Origin: Podarcis muralis
Taxonomy: Eukaryota
Direction of reading: 5' to 3'
Assembly: GCF_964188315.1 (NCBI RefSeq)
Contig: NC_135660.1
Location: 42,036,001-42,100,000, forward strand
Length of the DNA: 64,000 bases
Translations under genes and position numbers: made by a program
In this document: positions 63,104 to 64,000 of the stretch, piece after piece
How positions within the stretch are numbered: position 1 is the stretch's first letter
How the letters are laid out: each line of letters opens with the position of its first letter
The notes under the pieces: generated by a model
The model's input: only the letters and a program-made list of their open reading frames with translations
Databases searched by the model: none
Told to the model about the DNA's origin: nothing

Positions 63104-64000
63104 CTGTGGGAGAAGAGAGATTTCTACAGAAAAACTCTTGCTTAGGACTAAATCCCTGCTTTTATTTCCCCCCTTAGCAGCAAATCCACTCTCCCCCACC
63201 CCTTTCTTTTGCTTTCCAGTTAGGGCTGGCCCGAGAGGCCCTGCCCAGAGGCGAAGGCTGAGATGGTGCCCCTCTTCCCATGTGCAGGTGCTAAGTGGAT
63301 GGGAAGTTTGATCTTGCTCCCAACACGGCCGAGGAGCTCAGGAGGTGCAGGGTAGGCAATGTCATCAACACAGCTCTGCCTTCCACTGCTTCCTGTCCAA
63401 GGCAACAATGCTCCCTTTGCCTAATGGTAGGGCCGGGCTCAGCCAGCTAATGGTAACCAAGGGCTTGCTGATCAAATGGAATATTTTTGTCTTTGTTTAC
63501 TCCAGTCCTCACATTTAAAATTGGCACTGTGATGAGCAATGTAAAGTCCTGCTGACTCATGCTGGCTTCTCTCCTTTCACTCACCAAGAGAGCAACTTCC
63601 TTTGAATGCCTGTCTGAAAGATCCTAGAAGGGGGGAGGTGGTTGGACTGTTCCAGATTCCAAGCAAGATATCCTGCTAGGCTGAGGACAGTGGAGTCTGG
63701 GAACAGCAGCATTCTGCAATGGAGCCCATGGGTTCAGCCCTTTTTAAAGAGAGAGCTCAGCCCTAGAGCATGCAGGAGCATATCTGAGCATATGCAGAGT
63801 GTATTTCCTTTGTCCCCCAAAGGCATGAGAGAACTGGGTTCCCAGGCGAACTAGAGTCCCAGCTGTCTCATTATGAAATGAAACTTCCTGCAGGAAATGG
63901 AGATTATAAAAGGAATATCCACGACTTTTCTCTTTACCATGTGGGGCTTGCTGGTGGTGTGGGCAGAATTTGTACCTAATAACGGCACATGTTGCCCAGA

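Noticed and set aside
63220-63345. KIKLPIHLAPAHGKRG segment as the homologue of mammalian ANKRD2 exon 2 (KLPMDL...)
   Set aside because: Similarity is only a few residues, there is no usable donor before the in-frame stop, and no convincing acceptor.

Overview
Vertebrate genomic DNA. A full-length Sauria SINE, Squam3-type SINEs, and CR1 and L2 fragments point to a squamate, probably a lacertid lizard. The window holds the gene block syntenic with human 10q24.2, in reverse orientation: ZFYVE27/protrudin (-, first three coding exons), MARVELD1 (-, single coding exon), AVPI1 (+), PI4K2A (-, 9 exons), MORN4 (+, 4 coding exons), HOGA1 (-, 7 exons) and ANKRD2 (-, 5' end outside the window). I resolved every listed exon by hand at GT-AG boundaries and the reading frames join correctly. 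Most of the provided ORF track is spurious (GC-rich antisense frames, intron read-through, TE-derived frames). I found no convincing novel gene or multi-gene system, no CRISPR array and no genuine tRNA or rRNA. The best leads are all inferred from sequence motifs: one 9-bp element that could be the poly(A) signal for both convergent genes AVPI1 and PI4K2A; a candidate in-frame 24-nt microexon in PI4K2A intron 1; a candidate 39-nt ANKRD2 exon; a MARVELD1 3'UTR intron starting 13 nt after the stop; a possible spliced antisense transcript from the AVPI1 CpG island; an RFX X-box at MORN4; and a Penelope-like fold-back insertion with a 12-bp TSD.
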